DNA of 64,000 nucleotides from Candidatus Cloacimonadales bacterium. GTDB taxonomy: Bacteria > Cloacimonadota > Cloacimonadia > Cloacimonadales > JAIOQZ01. The translations under genes were made by a program, and so were the position numbers. This document shows positions 39,614-49,854 of the stretch, one piece after another (position 1 is the first letter of the stretch; each line of letters opens with the position of its first letter). The notes below the pieces were generated by a model. It made no database searches and was not told where the DNA came from. It saw only the letters and a list, made by a program, of their open reading frames with translations. Location: NCBI GenBank assembly GCA_963662655.2, contig CAXXTU010000002.1:2016001-2080000 (forward strand), in the 5' to 3' direction.

Positions 39614-41731
39614 TTATTTCTGTTCTTCTTCTTCTTCAGGTTCTTCAGGAGTTTCTTCCGAAACTTCTTCCTCAACCTCTTCCACAGATTCTTCAGCAAC
39701 CTCTTCCTCAGCCTCTTCCACAGATTCTTCAGCAACTTCTTCCATTTCTTCAGTTACTTCAACCGCCTCTTCAGCAGCGATTTCTTCCATTGCTTCTACC
39801 GCGTCTTCAGTAGGATCGTCGAACCTGGTGTCATTGGCGTCTTCCTCGTAAGGATAATCGTCGATGACGTGCTCTTCTTCCTCTTTAGCAGTCTGGTCTT
39901 TCGCGCGTTTCTTGGCAGCTTTGTTTTCTTCGCGCTTCTGAGCGGCTTCCTTGCGTTCCTGGATGCGCTCTTCGTGTTCACGAAGGAACTCTGCCTTTTC
40001 TTCGCGCGCTCTTCCAAAGAAGAAGGCCTTCACGCTGAGGATGAGACGCCGGTTTTCGGTGTCGAGCTCGATGACCTTCAGCGGAAGTTCCTCGCCGATA
40101 TCAAAAGCGAACTGAAGCTTGTCGATGCGTGGGATCGCCAGATGTGACATCGGGACGAATCCTTCCACGACGGAACCGTTCGCAGGAACATCTACCAGGA
40201 TTCCTTTGGGGATCAGCTTGCTGATGGTACCGGATATCTCGGTGTTGACCGGAAGCAGGTGATCCAGGTTCTCCCACGGATCGTCATGCATTTGCTTCAC
40301 ACCAAGAGCGATACGATGGAGCGCTTTATCGATGGAAAGCACTTTCGCTTCCACTTCCTGACCTACGCGGTACACTTCCTTCGGGTGGTAGATACGCTTG
40401 GTCCAGGAGATATCCGAAATATGCACCAGACCGTCGATATCGTCTTCGATCTCCACGAATACGCCAAACGGAGTAATACTCTTGATCTTACGCGTGATGA
40501 TCGTACCGATGGGGTAACGTTCGTCGATCGTAAGCCATGGGTTTGCTTCCATCTGCTTCATACCGAGAGAGATGCGTTGATCTTCCTTGGAAACGGAGAG
40601 CACGATCGCGTTGATCGAGTCGCCGGTCTTCAGAATCTGATTCGGGTGATTGATCTTCTTGGTCCATGACATTTCCGATACATGAACCAGGCCTTCGACG
40701 CCCGGCTCGAGTTCGATGAATGCACCGTAGTTGGTTATATTCACGACCTTGCCGCTAACCTTCGTTCCTTCGGGATATTTCGCTTCGATATTCTCCCATG
40801 GATGCGGCACGAGCTGTTTCAGGCCAAGCGACACGCGATCGGTGTCTTCATCGAAGCCGATCACTTTGACTTTCAGCCTGTCGCCGATGTTGAGCATTTC
40901 GGACGGATGTTTGATCCTGCCGTAGGACATGTCCGTGATGTGCAGAAGCCCGTCGATTCCACCGAGGTCGATGAATGCGCCGTAGTCGGTGATATTCTTG
41001 ACTTCGCCGTCAAGCTCAGCGTTGAGCTGAATCTTATCCCGCAATTCACCTTTCCTCTTCTCGAGGTCTTGTTCCAAAACTTGCTTCCTGGAGACAATGA
41101 TGTTACGGCGGTCTTCATCCAGCTTGATGATCAGGAAGTCGCTTTCTTTCCCGATGAACTGATCAAGATTCGGAATCGGCTTGAGTGATATCTGAGATCC
41201 GGGCAGGAATGCTTCCAGACCCATGATTTCAGCAATCATACCACCTTTGACACGACGCTTGAGAACACCGGTGACTGTTTTGTGGCTCTTATACATTTCT
41301 TTCAGCTCTTCGAGATGACGGAAGAAATCGGCTTTCTTCTTGGAAAGCTTCACTTTTCCTTCACCATCTTCGATCGCGTTGATAAAAACCATCACCTTGG
41401 AATGTCGCTTCGGAAGATCCGTATTGGTGAACTCGCCGATCGGGATGGTTCCTTCTGACTTGAAACCGATATCGACAAGCACTTCCTTCTCGCTGATCTC
41501 CACAACTTCACCTTCGATAATCTGCCCTGGTTTGTAGTTATTGAAGGTTTGCTCGTACATTTGCAACATCTTTTCTTCATCCGTAAGAGCTTTGGGAGCT
41601 TCTTCCTTCTTGCTTTCAACCTCTGCAGACTGCTCGGGTGTCGCTTCCGGCGTAGCCACATCCTTTTGCATTTCTTCCTGCTCGTGTGTTTCGACGATTT
41701 GTTTTTGTTCGTCATTGTCCAGATACATCAT
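39614..41731 (-). CDS. rpsA: 30S ribosomal protein S1 with a long acidic C-terminal tail
   Basis: Six S1 repeats ('ITDYGAFIDLGGIDGLLHITD', 'EGLVHVSEMSW') in cmk-ispH context. Confidence 0.97.
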   Translation of the reverse strand: MMYLDNDEQKQIVETHEQEEMQKDVATPEATPEQSAEVESKKEEAPKALTDEEKMLQMYEQTFNNYKPGQIIEGEVVEISEKEVLVDIGFKSEGTIPIGEFTNTDLPKRHSKVMVFINAIEDGEGKVKLSKKKADFFRHLEELKEMYKSHKTVTGVLKRRVKGGMIAEIMGLEAFLPGSQISLKPIPNLDQFIGKESDFLIIKLDEDRRNIIVSRKQVLEQDLEKRKGELRDKIQLNAELDGEVKNITDYGAFIDLGGIDGLLHITDMSYGRIKHPSEMLNIGDRLKVKVIGFDEDTDRVSLGLKQLVPHPWENIEAKYPEGTKVSGKVVNITNYGAFIELEPGVEGLVHVSEMSWTKKINHPNQILKTGDSINAIVLSVSKEDQRISLGMKQMEANPWLTIDERYPIGTIITRKIKSITPFGVFVEIEDDIDGLVHISDISWTKRIYHPKEVYRVGQEVEAKVLSIDKALHRIALGVKQMHDDPWENLDHLLPVNTEISGTISKLIPKGILVDVPANGSVVEGFVPMSHLAIPRIDKLQFAFDIGEELPLKVIELDTENRRLILSVKAFFFGRAREEKAEFLREHEERIQERKEAAQKREENKAAKKRAKDQTAKEEEEHVIDDYPYEEDANDTRFDDPTEDAVEAMEEIAAEEAVEVTEEMEEVAEESVEEAEEEVAEESVEEVEEEVSEETPEEPEEEEEQK

Positions 41732-42627
41732 TCCTCCTTGTAACCGGGGATATCTTCGACGTTTATAGCCTTCAAATCCCTTGCACCTATATTTTCGATT
41801 ATTTCTTTATATACATCAAGGATAATCCAGTCGGGCGTCGACGCCCCTGCGGTTATCCCTATATGTTTCTTGTTTGCAAACCACGAAGTCTCGATCTCGT
41901 CCGCGGTTTCGATGTGAAACGTTTCAGCCCAGCGCTGGCTGATTCTGGCCAGCATCTTGGTGTTCGAGCTGTTCCTTCCGCCAACGACAATCATCAGGTC
42001 ACTCTGCTTCGCCAAATGGAGCGTCGATTCCTGCCTGATGTTGGTCGCATTGCAGATCGTATTGATCAAGTGAATCTCGTCGCAGTAAGGAACCGCCTTG
42101 CTGACCAGTTCCTGCAATTTCTCGACCGACTGCGTCGTCTGCGAGACGATCCCCAGCTTGCGAAACCGCTTTTCCGTAAGCTCGGAGGCATTCGCGACGA
42201 TCGTCGCATCTCCCTGCACGTACGACTTCAGAGCGATCACTTCCGGATGCTTCGCGTCTCCGAGGATCATCACGTCATAGCCGTCCTTCTTCAACGCTTC
42301 GGCATGCCGGAACGTCTTCGACACGTACGGGCAAGTCGCATCGATGATTTTGACATCCCTCGATTTCAGCTCTTTCATCACCTCGAGCGTCACGCCGTGA
42401 GACCGGATGATCACTGTCGCTCCATCCGGAATCTCCTCAAGCGAATCAATGTGATCGACTCCGTGCGACCTGAGTTTCTCCACCATCTGCGGATTGTGAA
42501 TGATCGGGCCCAGCGTGACAATCCTGTCACTGCTGGTAGTGGCTTCAATCGCCATATTTATCGCGCGCTTCACACCGAAACAGAATCCGGAGTTCCGCGC
42601 GAGCTTTACACTAATTTCCGAGCTCAT
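41728..42627 (-). CDS. ispH: 4-hydroxy-3-methylbut-2-enyl diphosphate reductase
   Basis: 'GFCFGVKRA', 'IIHN', 'RSHG', 'DATCP', 'HPEV', 'TICNAT', 'SSNT', 'TAGASTP'. Confidence 0.97.
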   Translation of the reverse strand: MSSEISVKLARNSGFCFGVKRAINMAIEATTSSDRIVTLGPIIHNPQMVEKLRSHGVDHIDSLEEIPDGATVIIRSHGVTLEVMKELKSRDVKIIDATCPYVSKTFRHAEALKKDGYDVMILGDAKHPEVIALKSYVQGDATIVANASELTEKRFRKLGIVSQTTQSVEKLQELVSKAVPYCDEIHLINTICNATNIRQESTLHLAKQSDLMIVVGGRNSSNTKMLARISQRWAETFHIETADEIETSWFANKKHIGITAGASTPDWIILDVYKEIIENIGARDLKAINVEDIPGYKEE

Positions 42628-43255
42628 TGATACGATCCAGAATCATCTCCGAAAGCGCACGATAGCCGTCTTTCGTGTCGGGATATTCGGAAACCTTCTC
42701 GACCGGGATGGTTTCACCCACGATGATCCGAAGCTTCTTTACTCGAAAGAAACATCCCAACAACTTCTGCGTGTTCTCGATCTTCACGGGTATGATGGGC
42801 TTCTGCGAGCTTATCGCGACCATTCCGATGCCTGGCCTCGCCTTGAACTTCTTCCTGCTGCCTTCCGGAAAGATTAAAACGGAACCGCCCTGTTCCAGAC
42901 GCTCCAGAACCGTGTTGGTTGAATGACGATCGATCATTCCCCTGCGGATCGGGATTGCGTTCACACCGTGGAATATCTTCCCGAGCAGTGGATTCGCGAA
43001 TATCTCGCTCTTCGCAAGATAGCTGATTTCATAAGGAATAACCGAACCGATAAACGGCGGATCTGGATACGCCAGATGGTTCGAGGCGATAATGGCGTTT
43101 TCAGTATGCAAAAATCGTTCCCGATTTATAACTTTACCACCATAAACGATGAAAAAGAAGAAACGGAATATTGCCTGAATGCTTCCGTAAACTGCCCTCG
43201 GTTTACCGCCAAATCTTTCTAAGGTTTTGTCGTCCACTTTGTTATCGCTTTTCAC
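42611..43255 (-). CDS. plsC: 1-acyl-sn-glycerol-3-phosphate acyltransferase
   Basis: 'SNHLAYPD' (NHxxxxD), 'IFPEG'. Confidence 0.9.
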   Translation of the reverse strand: MKSDNKVDDKTLERFGGKPRAVYGSIQAIFRFFFFIVYGGKVINRERFLHTENAIIASNHLAYPDPPFIGSVIPYEISYLAKSEIFANPLLGKIFHGVNAIPIRRGMIDRHSTNTVLERLEQGGSVLIFPEGSRKKFKARPGIGMVAISSQKPIIPVKIENTQKLLGCFFRVKKLRIIVGETIPVEKVSEYPDTKDGYRALSEMILDRINELGN

Positions 43256-43925
43256 AATGATCTTTTATATATTGATAAAGAACTTTTACCTGCTCATCGA
43301 TCGTTAAATCCGAGGTATCCACCCGGATGGCGTCGTCCGCTTGCCTCAGCGGAGCAATCTCGCGACTGCTGTCGTTACGATCCCGCCACTCGAGCTCTTC
43401 CTCGATCTTATCGAGCGGTGTATCCACGCCTTTGTCGAGAAGCTCTTTCCAGCGCCTCTTCGCCCGTGTGCGAACATCGGCCGTCATGAAGAACTTAAAA
43501 TCGGCATTCGGGAAAACCACGGTGCCGATGTCTCTTCCATCCATGATCACGCCGCCGTTGAGTCCGAGAGCGCGCTGCAAGTCCACCATTCTCTCCCTCA
43601 CGACTCCGATTACAGCAATCTCTGAAGCCAGCCGAGAGATATGTTCCTTGCGTATCTCGCCCGTCACGTCCTCGCCATCGAGAATCAGGCGATTACCGTC
43701 CGTCTGGTAGCGGATGTCGATCGATATCGAATTTAGCATTTCGGTGAGAGCGTCAACATCCGTAAGCTTGATGTTATCGTTGTGCGAGCGCAAAGCACAA
43801 GCTCTGTACATAGCGCCCGTATCGATGTAAACGTATGCCAGTTCAGCAGCTAGTTTACGCGCCGTTGTGCTCTTTCCCGAAGATGCGGGCCCATCTATTG
43901 CAATAATATACTTTCTTTCATTCAT
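43242..43925 (-). CDS. cmk: Cytidylate kinase
   Basis: 'IAIDGPASSGKST', 'DTGAMYR', 'DGRDIGTVVFP'. Confidence 0.97.
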   Translation of the reverse strand: MNERKYIIAIDGPASSGKSTTARKLAAELAYVYIDTGAMYRACALRSHNDNIKLTDVDALTEMLNSISIDIRYQTDGNRLILDGEDVTGEIRKEHISRLASEIAVIGVVRERMVDLQRALGLNGGVIMDGRDIGTVVFPNADFKFFMTADVRTRAKRRWKELLDKGVDTPLDKIEEELEWRDRNDSSREIAPLRQADDAIRVDTSDLTIDEQVKVLYQYIKDHCEKR

Positions 43926-44225
43926 ACCATTTTTCCAGTGAAAAGCAATTTGCTTTATTCGTCTATATTCGTCAATATTTTTTTAGAAACGCCTGAAATT
44001 GCACGGAAATAAGAACCTTTACGGTCGCCAGAAAACGCTTGATTCACCGCAAACGGCGATCTTCCGGGTGCCGCAAAAATTCCGTTGAAACCTCGCAACA
44101 AATGAATCCCACGCAATATTTTCAACTACTCTCGCGGTACAATCTCGTGTTAAATCTTCGTGAAGCAGCGATTTTACTTTACTCATTTTTGCACATATTG
44201 TATTTTTCCGTTCAGGAGAATTTTT

Positions 44226-45524
44226 ATGAGCCACATCGACGATTTGAAGAAGCAGTTACAGGATTCCGAAGGCGCCCAGCGCTTGCAGATATTGAACGAT
44301 CTGTGCTACGAATGCTGGTACAGCAACCCCGAAACAGGGGTGGTTTTCGGCAAGGAGGCTATCGCGCTGGCGCAATCCCTCAACATTCCCAAGGCAATAG
44401 CCAAGGCGCATTACCTGACATCGACCAACCTCGTACAGAACGGTGAGCCTGAGGCGGCTATCGATCATGGCCTGAAATCGTTGTGGCTTTACGAGGAAAT
44501 CGACTTCGAAGAGGGGATCGGCGATGCGCTGAACAACCTCGGGATGATCTACAAAACGATCGGGCAGCACGAGAAAGCGCTCGACTACATGCTTCAGGCT
44601 ATCCCTTACTACAACAAGAAGGAAAACCAGGCTCATCTGCGAAACACCTACAACAACATCGGAACCTGTTACCAGGATTTGAAAAAGCTCGATCCAGCAA
44701 AAAAATTCCTCGGGATCGCTCTCGGCCTTTCTCAATTGATCGGAGACGAGCGTTTCACAGCGCGGATATTCAATAATTTCGGAATCATTCAGGCGATGGA
44801 AGGCGATCTGGATGGGGCCATCGCCTATTTCAGGCAAGCGATCGAGATCAAAGAAAGCCTCGACGACAAAACGGGGATCGTCTCCACCCTGCACAACCTG
44901 GGCATTTGCTGCCTGCGGAACAACGATCCCGAAGGAACCAGGAAGTACTACCAGAAAGCGCTCGATCTTTCGGAAGAGCTCCACGCAAAGGATTTGATCT
45001 GGCGATGCAAACACGCCTTCTTCGAACTCCACTATCAGATGGACGAGCACTCGAAAGCGCTGGAGTATCTCCTCGAGGCTACATCACTCAAGGAGCAGGT
45101 CATCAACGAGAAAAGCAACCAGCGAATCGTGGAGCTCCACAAAAAATACGAGAGCGAGAAAAGAGACAAGGAAGCCGAGATATTCCGGCTGAAGAACATC
45201 GAACTCGCCGAGGCCAATCGCAAGCTCAAGCAGACACAGGAAGAATTGATCGAGCTCGAGAGAAAAGGCGCGGTGCTGGCCATGGCTGTCACGGCGAACC
45301 ACGAGATCAATCAACCCCTCATGGTGTGCCGCGGGAATCTTGAGATGCTCACCGATTCCATGGAAGCTCCGGACGATAACCAGAAACGCTATCTCAATCG
45401 TATCTCTCTGGGGCTCGATAAAATCCAGGCGATCCTGGAGGCATTCAGGCGGGAGAATATCCGCTACGAGGAATACAGCGAAGACGTTCAGATGGTTATC
45501 TTCGAGGAAGAGGAAAGCAAGTAG
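44226..45524 (+). CDS. TPR protein with a C-terminal HisKA (DHp) domain and no ATPase domain
   Basis: Multiple TPRs, coiled coil and 'TANHEINQPL'. Protein ends about 70 aa later. ATG 44226 after AGGAG. Confidence 0.85.
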   Translation: MSHIDDLKKQLQDSEGAQRLQILNDLCYECWYSNPETGVVFGKEAIALAQSLNIPKAIAKAHYLTSTNLVQNGEPEAAIDHGLKSLWLYEEIDFEEGIGDALNNLGMIYKTIGQHEKALDYMLQAIPYYNKKENQAHLRNTYNNIGTCYQDLKKLDPAKKFLGIALGLSQLIGDERFTARIFNNFGIIQAMEGDLDGAIAYFRQAIEIKESLDDKTGIVSTLHNLGICCLRNNDPEGTRKYYQKALDLSEELHAKDLIWRCKHAFFELHYQMDEHSKALEYLLEATSLKEQVINEKSNQRIVELHKKYESEKRDKEAEIFRLKNIELAEANRKLKQTQEELIELERKGAVLAMAVTANHEINQPLMVCRGNLEMLTDSMEAPDDNQKRYLNRISLGLDKIQAILEAFRRENIRYEEYSEDVQMVIFEEEESK

Positions 45525-45646
45525 AAAATAACAAGTACCATCACCTTTCACAACCAAAACCAACCATACATTACCCTATACCCATAAATTTCTTGACATC
45601 TCATTAATTAATAGGCGTATTTTAAGCGAATTATATGGAGGGTAAT

Positions 45647-47190
45647 ATGAAAACACCATGGGCATTTGCATTCATGTTTCTTGCTGTCTTGCTGGCGGCG
45701 GAAATGCAGTTCACACAGCGGAACACGATCCCGGTCGCTGGAGACGAATTCTCTTATGCCGAGATCAAGAGCTACCAGGACGAAGACCGGATTCTGGTAT
45801 ATTCGCAGACAGCCGAAGAAGTTGTTATCACGGTCTGCGATCTGGAAGGCAACACCATCGAGAATCACGCAATTGCCATGAGCGACAGCACGCTGGAAAG
45901 GAAGATGAGTTGTTTTGAACATGGAGGCACGCCATATCTCGTTATGAACAAGGTGATTACCGATCCAAAAGAATATGACGAAGACGATTGGGAGCAGATA
46001 AGACACTACTGTGTAGACATCTTCAATCTGGATGACGGAGAACGTATCTTTCCGCATATATCGGCTCAATGAGGAGTTATTACATCATATACTTTTCAGG
46101 AAGTGCAAGCCTGAGCAGCATTCCCACAGCGCTGCAACCGGTCACGTACATGGGAGACCAGTATAGAGAAGTTCTGCGAATACCTTTCAGGCACGATTAT
46201 GGCGCTTCCTCATACGATGAAGTCGCCTTTTCAGAGAGTTCTAGAGATTACTTCACCTATCAAATCATCTTCGATCCGGAGAATATTCAACTCCAGTTTA
46301 TTGCTAATCAAGGACTGGACACCATTCTAGGCGTTGATCCTGAATATCCCACCGTGACTACTGGAATGAGGGCGTCCGCATACAATCATGGCGACATGGA
46401 CGAGGGTGCAAGCGTCTCGAAATACCTCTATTCAGATCATCTCATCGAATCCGCAAACCAGAGCTCATGGTGTTCGTACAGCTTCCAGTTTTACAAAAAA
46501 GTACGTTACCAACTCCTGTCCGACAACTACCCTAATTGGCCGCAATCCATTACATACCTGTCTATCGACTCAGGACCGATGGCTCCGACCTTCAATGAGA
46601 TTGACATGTCCGGGAATCTTATCTGGTCTGATTCGTTGAGCTATCTGGATGAGGAAGTGCTCATATCCGGTATTTGCGAATCGAGCTGTTTCCGGGGCAA
46701 TAACAATGAGCCATATACCATCTATTTCGCTCCCGGCACTGGCGCATGGGAAGTCAGGAATCGCCTGAGCGGATCGATCGACGGGCACGGCGAAGCCCCG
46801 TTCGTTCCCGCGAACATCGAGCGAATTGGCGACAACACACTCATCTTTCTCGCTGCCGACAGCCTGGGCGTCGAAGTATGGTACGGCAGTTACACGGTTG
46901 GCGTGAACGATCCCTGCCAAATTCCAGCTCCTCAATTGACTGCGAAATGCTACCCCAACCCGTTCAATCCCGAAACGACGATCTCTTACAGTATTCCCGA
47001 AAAAGGCACTGTTGAGATTGATGTGTATAATGTTAGAGGACAGAAGGTTGCATCGCTATTGCATGAGACGCAAGATGCCGGTGAACATGAAGTTGTCTGG
47101 GACGCGAACGACCAGGCCAGCGGCATCTATTTCATCCGACTGCGAACCGCCGGTGAAACCCGTATCAACAAGGCGTTGTTGCTGAAATAA
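45647..47190 (+). pseudogene. Secreted CTD-bearing protein split by an apparent frameshift (ORFs 45647-46072 and 46069-47190)
   Basis: First ORF has a signal peptide but no CTD; second has a CTD but no signal peptide. Frames overlap stop-free over 46036-46069. Confidence 0.6.
46952..47088 (+). repeat. 137-bp near-identical direct repeat within the CTD coding sequence (copy A)
   Basis: 134/137 identical to 49600-49736 by manual comparison. Confidence 0.9.
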
Positions 47191-47204
47191 AACTTACCAT
47201 GAGT

Positions 47205-47250
47205 TTCCCCTTCTCCCCCTCTTCATTTCGAAGAGGGGGTTGGGGGGAGT
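47205..47250. repeat. C-rich/G-rich intergenic hairpin (REP-like)
   Basis: TTCCCCTTCTCCCCCTCTTC / GAAGAGGGGGTTGGGGGGAG. Confidence 0.5.
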
Positions 47251-47267
47251 TTCCCAAGGAGTCCCTC

Positions 47268-49853
47268 ATGCGAAACATGATCCTGATTCTGTTGCTCGCA
47301 CTTTTCTCGTTAATGGACGCGACCACCCTTATCGTAGCCCAGGACGGCAGCGGTGACTACACTGATATCCAATCTGCAATTAACGTTTCTGCCGATGGCG
47401 ACACCGTTCTTGTTCACCCAGGAACCTACTACGAGAACGTCACCTACGACGGTCACAACATCACCCTCGCAAGCCTGGAGCTGACTACTGGCGATTCCCA
47501 GTACATCCATACTACCATCATCGACGGGAATCATCAGAACAGTTGCGTGCGTATCATTGGAGCGTATGGAGGTGCAACATTAAGGGGTTTTACCCTTATT
47601 CATGGCTCAGGAAGTCCTTATTATAATGGAACAACAACAGGAGGAGGAGGCGTTTTTGCATACTCGACTGGAGATGTACAGCTGATTAACTGCCAAATCA
47701 AATACAATGCAGCAACTCATGGTGGGGGAGCGTTCTTCTATTACTCAGGTGGTGTATTTTTATCAGGGACTTCAATTCATGATAATCAAGGATCTCCAGG
47801 AGGACTTTTTTTCAACGATCAAATTGATCCCATTGAATTTGATGCTGAAAATTACTGTTGTGTTTACAATAACTGGGGGGCATCTCCAGATATATATTGT
47901 ATGAATATAAACGAATGTCATGTTATTCTTGATACTTTTTCAGTAGTTCAGCCGCAACATTATTATGCAAATTATGGATGGTGGCGAACCGCGTACGAAA
48001 ATCATGATCCCTATTCATTCGATATCCAGCATGGTTATTTGGAACCTATAAATCATGACCTATACGTCTCGCCCAATGGGAACGATAATAATGATGGATT
48101 ATCAGTAGCAACTCCACTGAAAAATATTGCTGTTGCATTGCATCGTATTGAATCGGACAGTCTAAATCCCAAAACGGTTCATCTTGCGGAAGGAACATAT
48201 AATCTTTGGGATGGCGAGTGCTACTATATGGTTGTGATAAAACAATATGTGAACATTATTGGCTCGGGAATGGAGTTAACTATCATTGACGCCAATGGCT
48301 ATAATTGTGCGGCCAGTATGTTACGAGAGAGTGGCGACAACCTTTTGAAAGATTTTTGCGTACAGGGAGTCAGTACTCAATCAAACAGTGCTGCGATTAA
48401 CTGTTATCGGTCAGCGAATACAATATTTCGTAATTTGATTGTTCGCAATAATACCACAGACAGTCACGCAGGGCACCATTTCAACCATGGAGAGAATGTT
48501 CTGTACCAGAACGTTCATTTTCTGGGCAATGTAAGTACAGGCTGGTATGGTGGTATGGAGTTCGAGGGAAAAGATGTAACTTTCGATGGATGTGTGTTCG
48601 ATGGAAATATTGCTGGTGGGTACGAAGAAGTAGCAAGGTCTGCGTTGTACTGTGACTATATCCAGGGTGATTTAATCCTTCGCAATTGCATCTTTCGCAA
48701 CAACGGGAGTTCTGGGAATTCACAGGATGATCGGATCGTATTGTTGGATTTACACCCCCTTTACGAAGAAGAGAGTCGTATCATCGTAGAGAATAATCTC
48801 TTCTATAATAACGAATTGGAGAATGGTATAATCTTCAGGGTTACCAATGGCGAAGGAGAAGCCCATTTTGCAGGTAACACCTTCGTGAACAATTCAACGC
48901 CGGTTGCGATCCTTTCGCAATATGGCGGAGGTGAATATTATAACAACATTGTCTGGGATAACCACGATTATGAATATCTGTTCAGTATCAGCGACGCAGC
49001 TCCGTATAACGATGTCATTCTCGATTACAACGATATCGAAGACGGGCTCGAAAATGTATATCATTATAACGGCTCAGCATATCTTCTCTGGGGCGAGCAC
49101 AATCTCGACATCGATCCGCAATTCTCAAGTCAGTTCGGCTACGAATACATGTTGAGCGCGGATTCGCCTCTGATCGATCAGGGGCAGCCCGAGCCCTGGG
49201 AAGAGTTGTTTCCGTATGATCTCATCGGCAACGAGCGCATCTGGGACGGCGATGGTGATGACATCGCACGGCTGGACATCGGTTGCTGCGAATACCAGTA
49301 CATGGTGGCACCGGAGGAGCTTTCGGCTGTTCAGGAAGGTCAGGATGTCCTTCTGACCTGGGATCACCCGGTGCGCAGCCTTCATCACTGGAATGTGTAT
49401 CGGGACAGCACCTGGATCGACCTTTCTTCTCCCGAGAACGGCACGGAATACTACGATCGGGACGCCCCCACCGGAGATCACACGTACTACGTCACCGCAC
49501 AATACGGCAACATCGAATCGACACCCTCCAATACAGTGCCAATAAACGTTTTATCCGCTGAAGATGGAATACCAAAACCCGCATTTCGCCAATCCAATCA
49601 CCCCAATCCGTTCAATCCCGAAACGACGATCTCTTACAGTATTCCCGAAAAAGACACTGTTGAGATTGATGTGTATAATGTTAGAGGACAGAAGGTTGCA
49701 TCGCTATTGCATGAGACGCAAGAAGCCGGTGAACATTCTGTTGTATGGAGCGGCGAAGATAACATTGGTAAAGCCTGTTCATCAGGAATTTACTATTACA
49801 AAATCACTGCCGGATCAAGAACTACGACGAGAAAAATGCTGCTGCTGAAATAG
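47268..49853 (+). CDS. Secreted right-handed beta-helix protein with FN3-like and C-terminal sorting domains
   Basis: 'IVAQDGSGDYTDIQSAI...PGTYYEN', 'YVSPNGND.NDG', 'SPLIDQG...DIGCCEY', 'HPNPFNP...KMLLLK'. Confidence 0.85.
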   Translation: MRNMILILLLALFSLMDATTLIVAQDGSGDYTDIQSAINVSADGDTVLVHPGTYYENVTYDGHNITLASLELTTGDSQYIHTTIIDGNHQNSCVRIIGAYGGATLRGFTLIHGSGSPYYNGTTTGGGGVFAYSTGDVQLINCQIKYNAATHGGGAFFYYSGGVFLSGTSIHDNQGSPGGLFFNDQIDPIEFDAENYCCVYNNWGASPDIYCMNINECHVILDTFSVVQPQHYYANYGWWRTAYENHDPYSFDIQHGYLEPINHDLYVSPNGNDNNDGLSVATPLKNIAVALHRIESDSLNPKTVHLAEGTYNLWDGECYYMVVIKQYVNIIGSGMELTIIDANGYNCAASMLRESGDNLLKDFCVQGVSTQSNSAAINCYRSANTIFRNLIVRNNTTDSHAGHHFNHGENVLYQNVHFLGNVSTGWYGGMEFEGKDVTFDGCVFDGNIAGGYEEVARSALYCDYIQGDLILRNCIFRNNGSSGNSQDDRIVLLDLHPLYEEESRIIVENNLFYNNELENGIIFRVTNGEGEAHFAGNTFVNNSTPVAILSQYGGGEYYNNIVWDNHDYEYLFSISDAAPYNDVILDYNDIEDGLENVYHYNGSAYLLWGEHNLDIDPQFSSQFGYEYMLSADSPLIDQGQPEPWEELFPYDLIGNERIWDGDGDDIARLDIGCCEYQYMVAPEELSAVQEGQDVLLTWDHPVRSLHHWNVYRDSTWIDLSSPENGTEYYDRDAPTGDHTYYVTAQYGNIESTPSNTVPINVLSAEDGIPKPAFRQSNHPNPFNPETTISYSIPEKDTVEIDVYNVRGQKVASLLHETQEAGEHSVVWSGEDNIGKACSSGIYYYKITAGSRTTTRKMLLLK
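49600..49736 (+). repeat. 137-bp near-identical direct repeat (copy B)
   Basis: 134/137 identical to 46952-47088. Confidence 0.9.
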
Positions 49854-49854
49854 A

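Noticed and set aside
44040..44170. Structured RNA between cmk and the TPR-DHp gene (GTGCCGC/GCGGTAC, GTTGAAA/TTTCAAC)
   Set aside because: Stems are short and there is no second copy or recognisable motif, so it cannot be distinguished from chance.
46952..49736. Diversity-generating retroelement TR/VR pair
   Set aside because: Only three differences, one not at an adenine. Both copies are coding CTD sequence and no reverse transcriptase is in the window.
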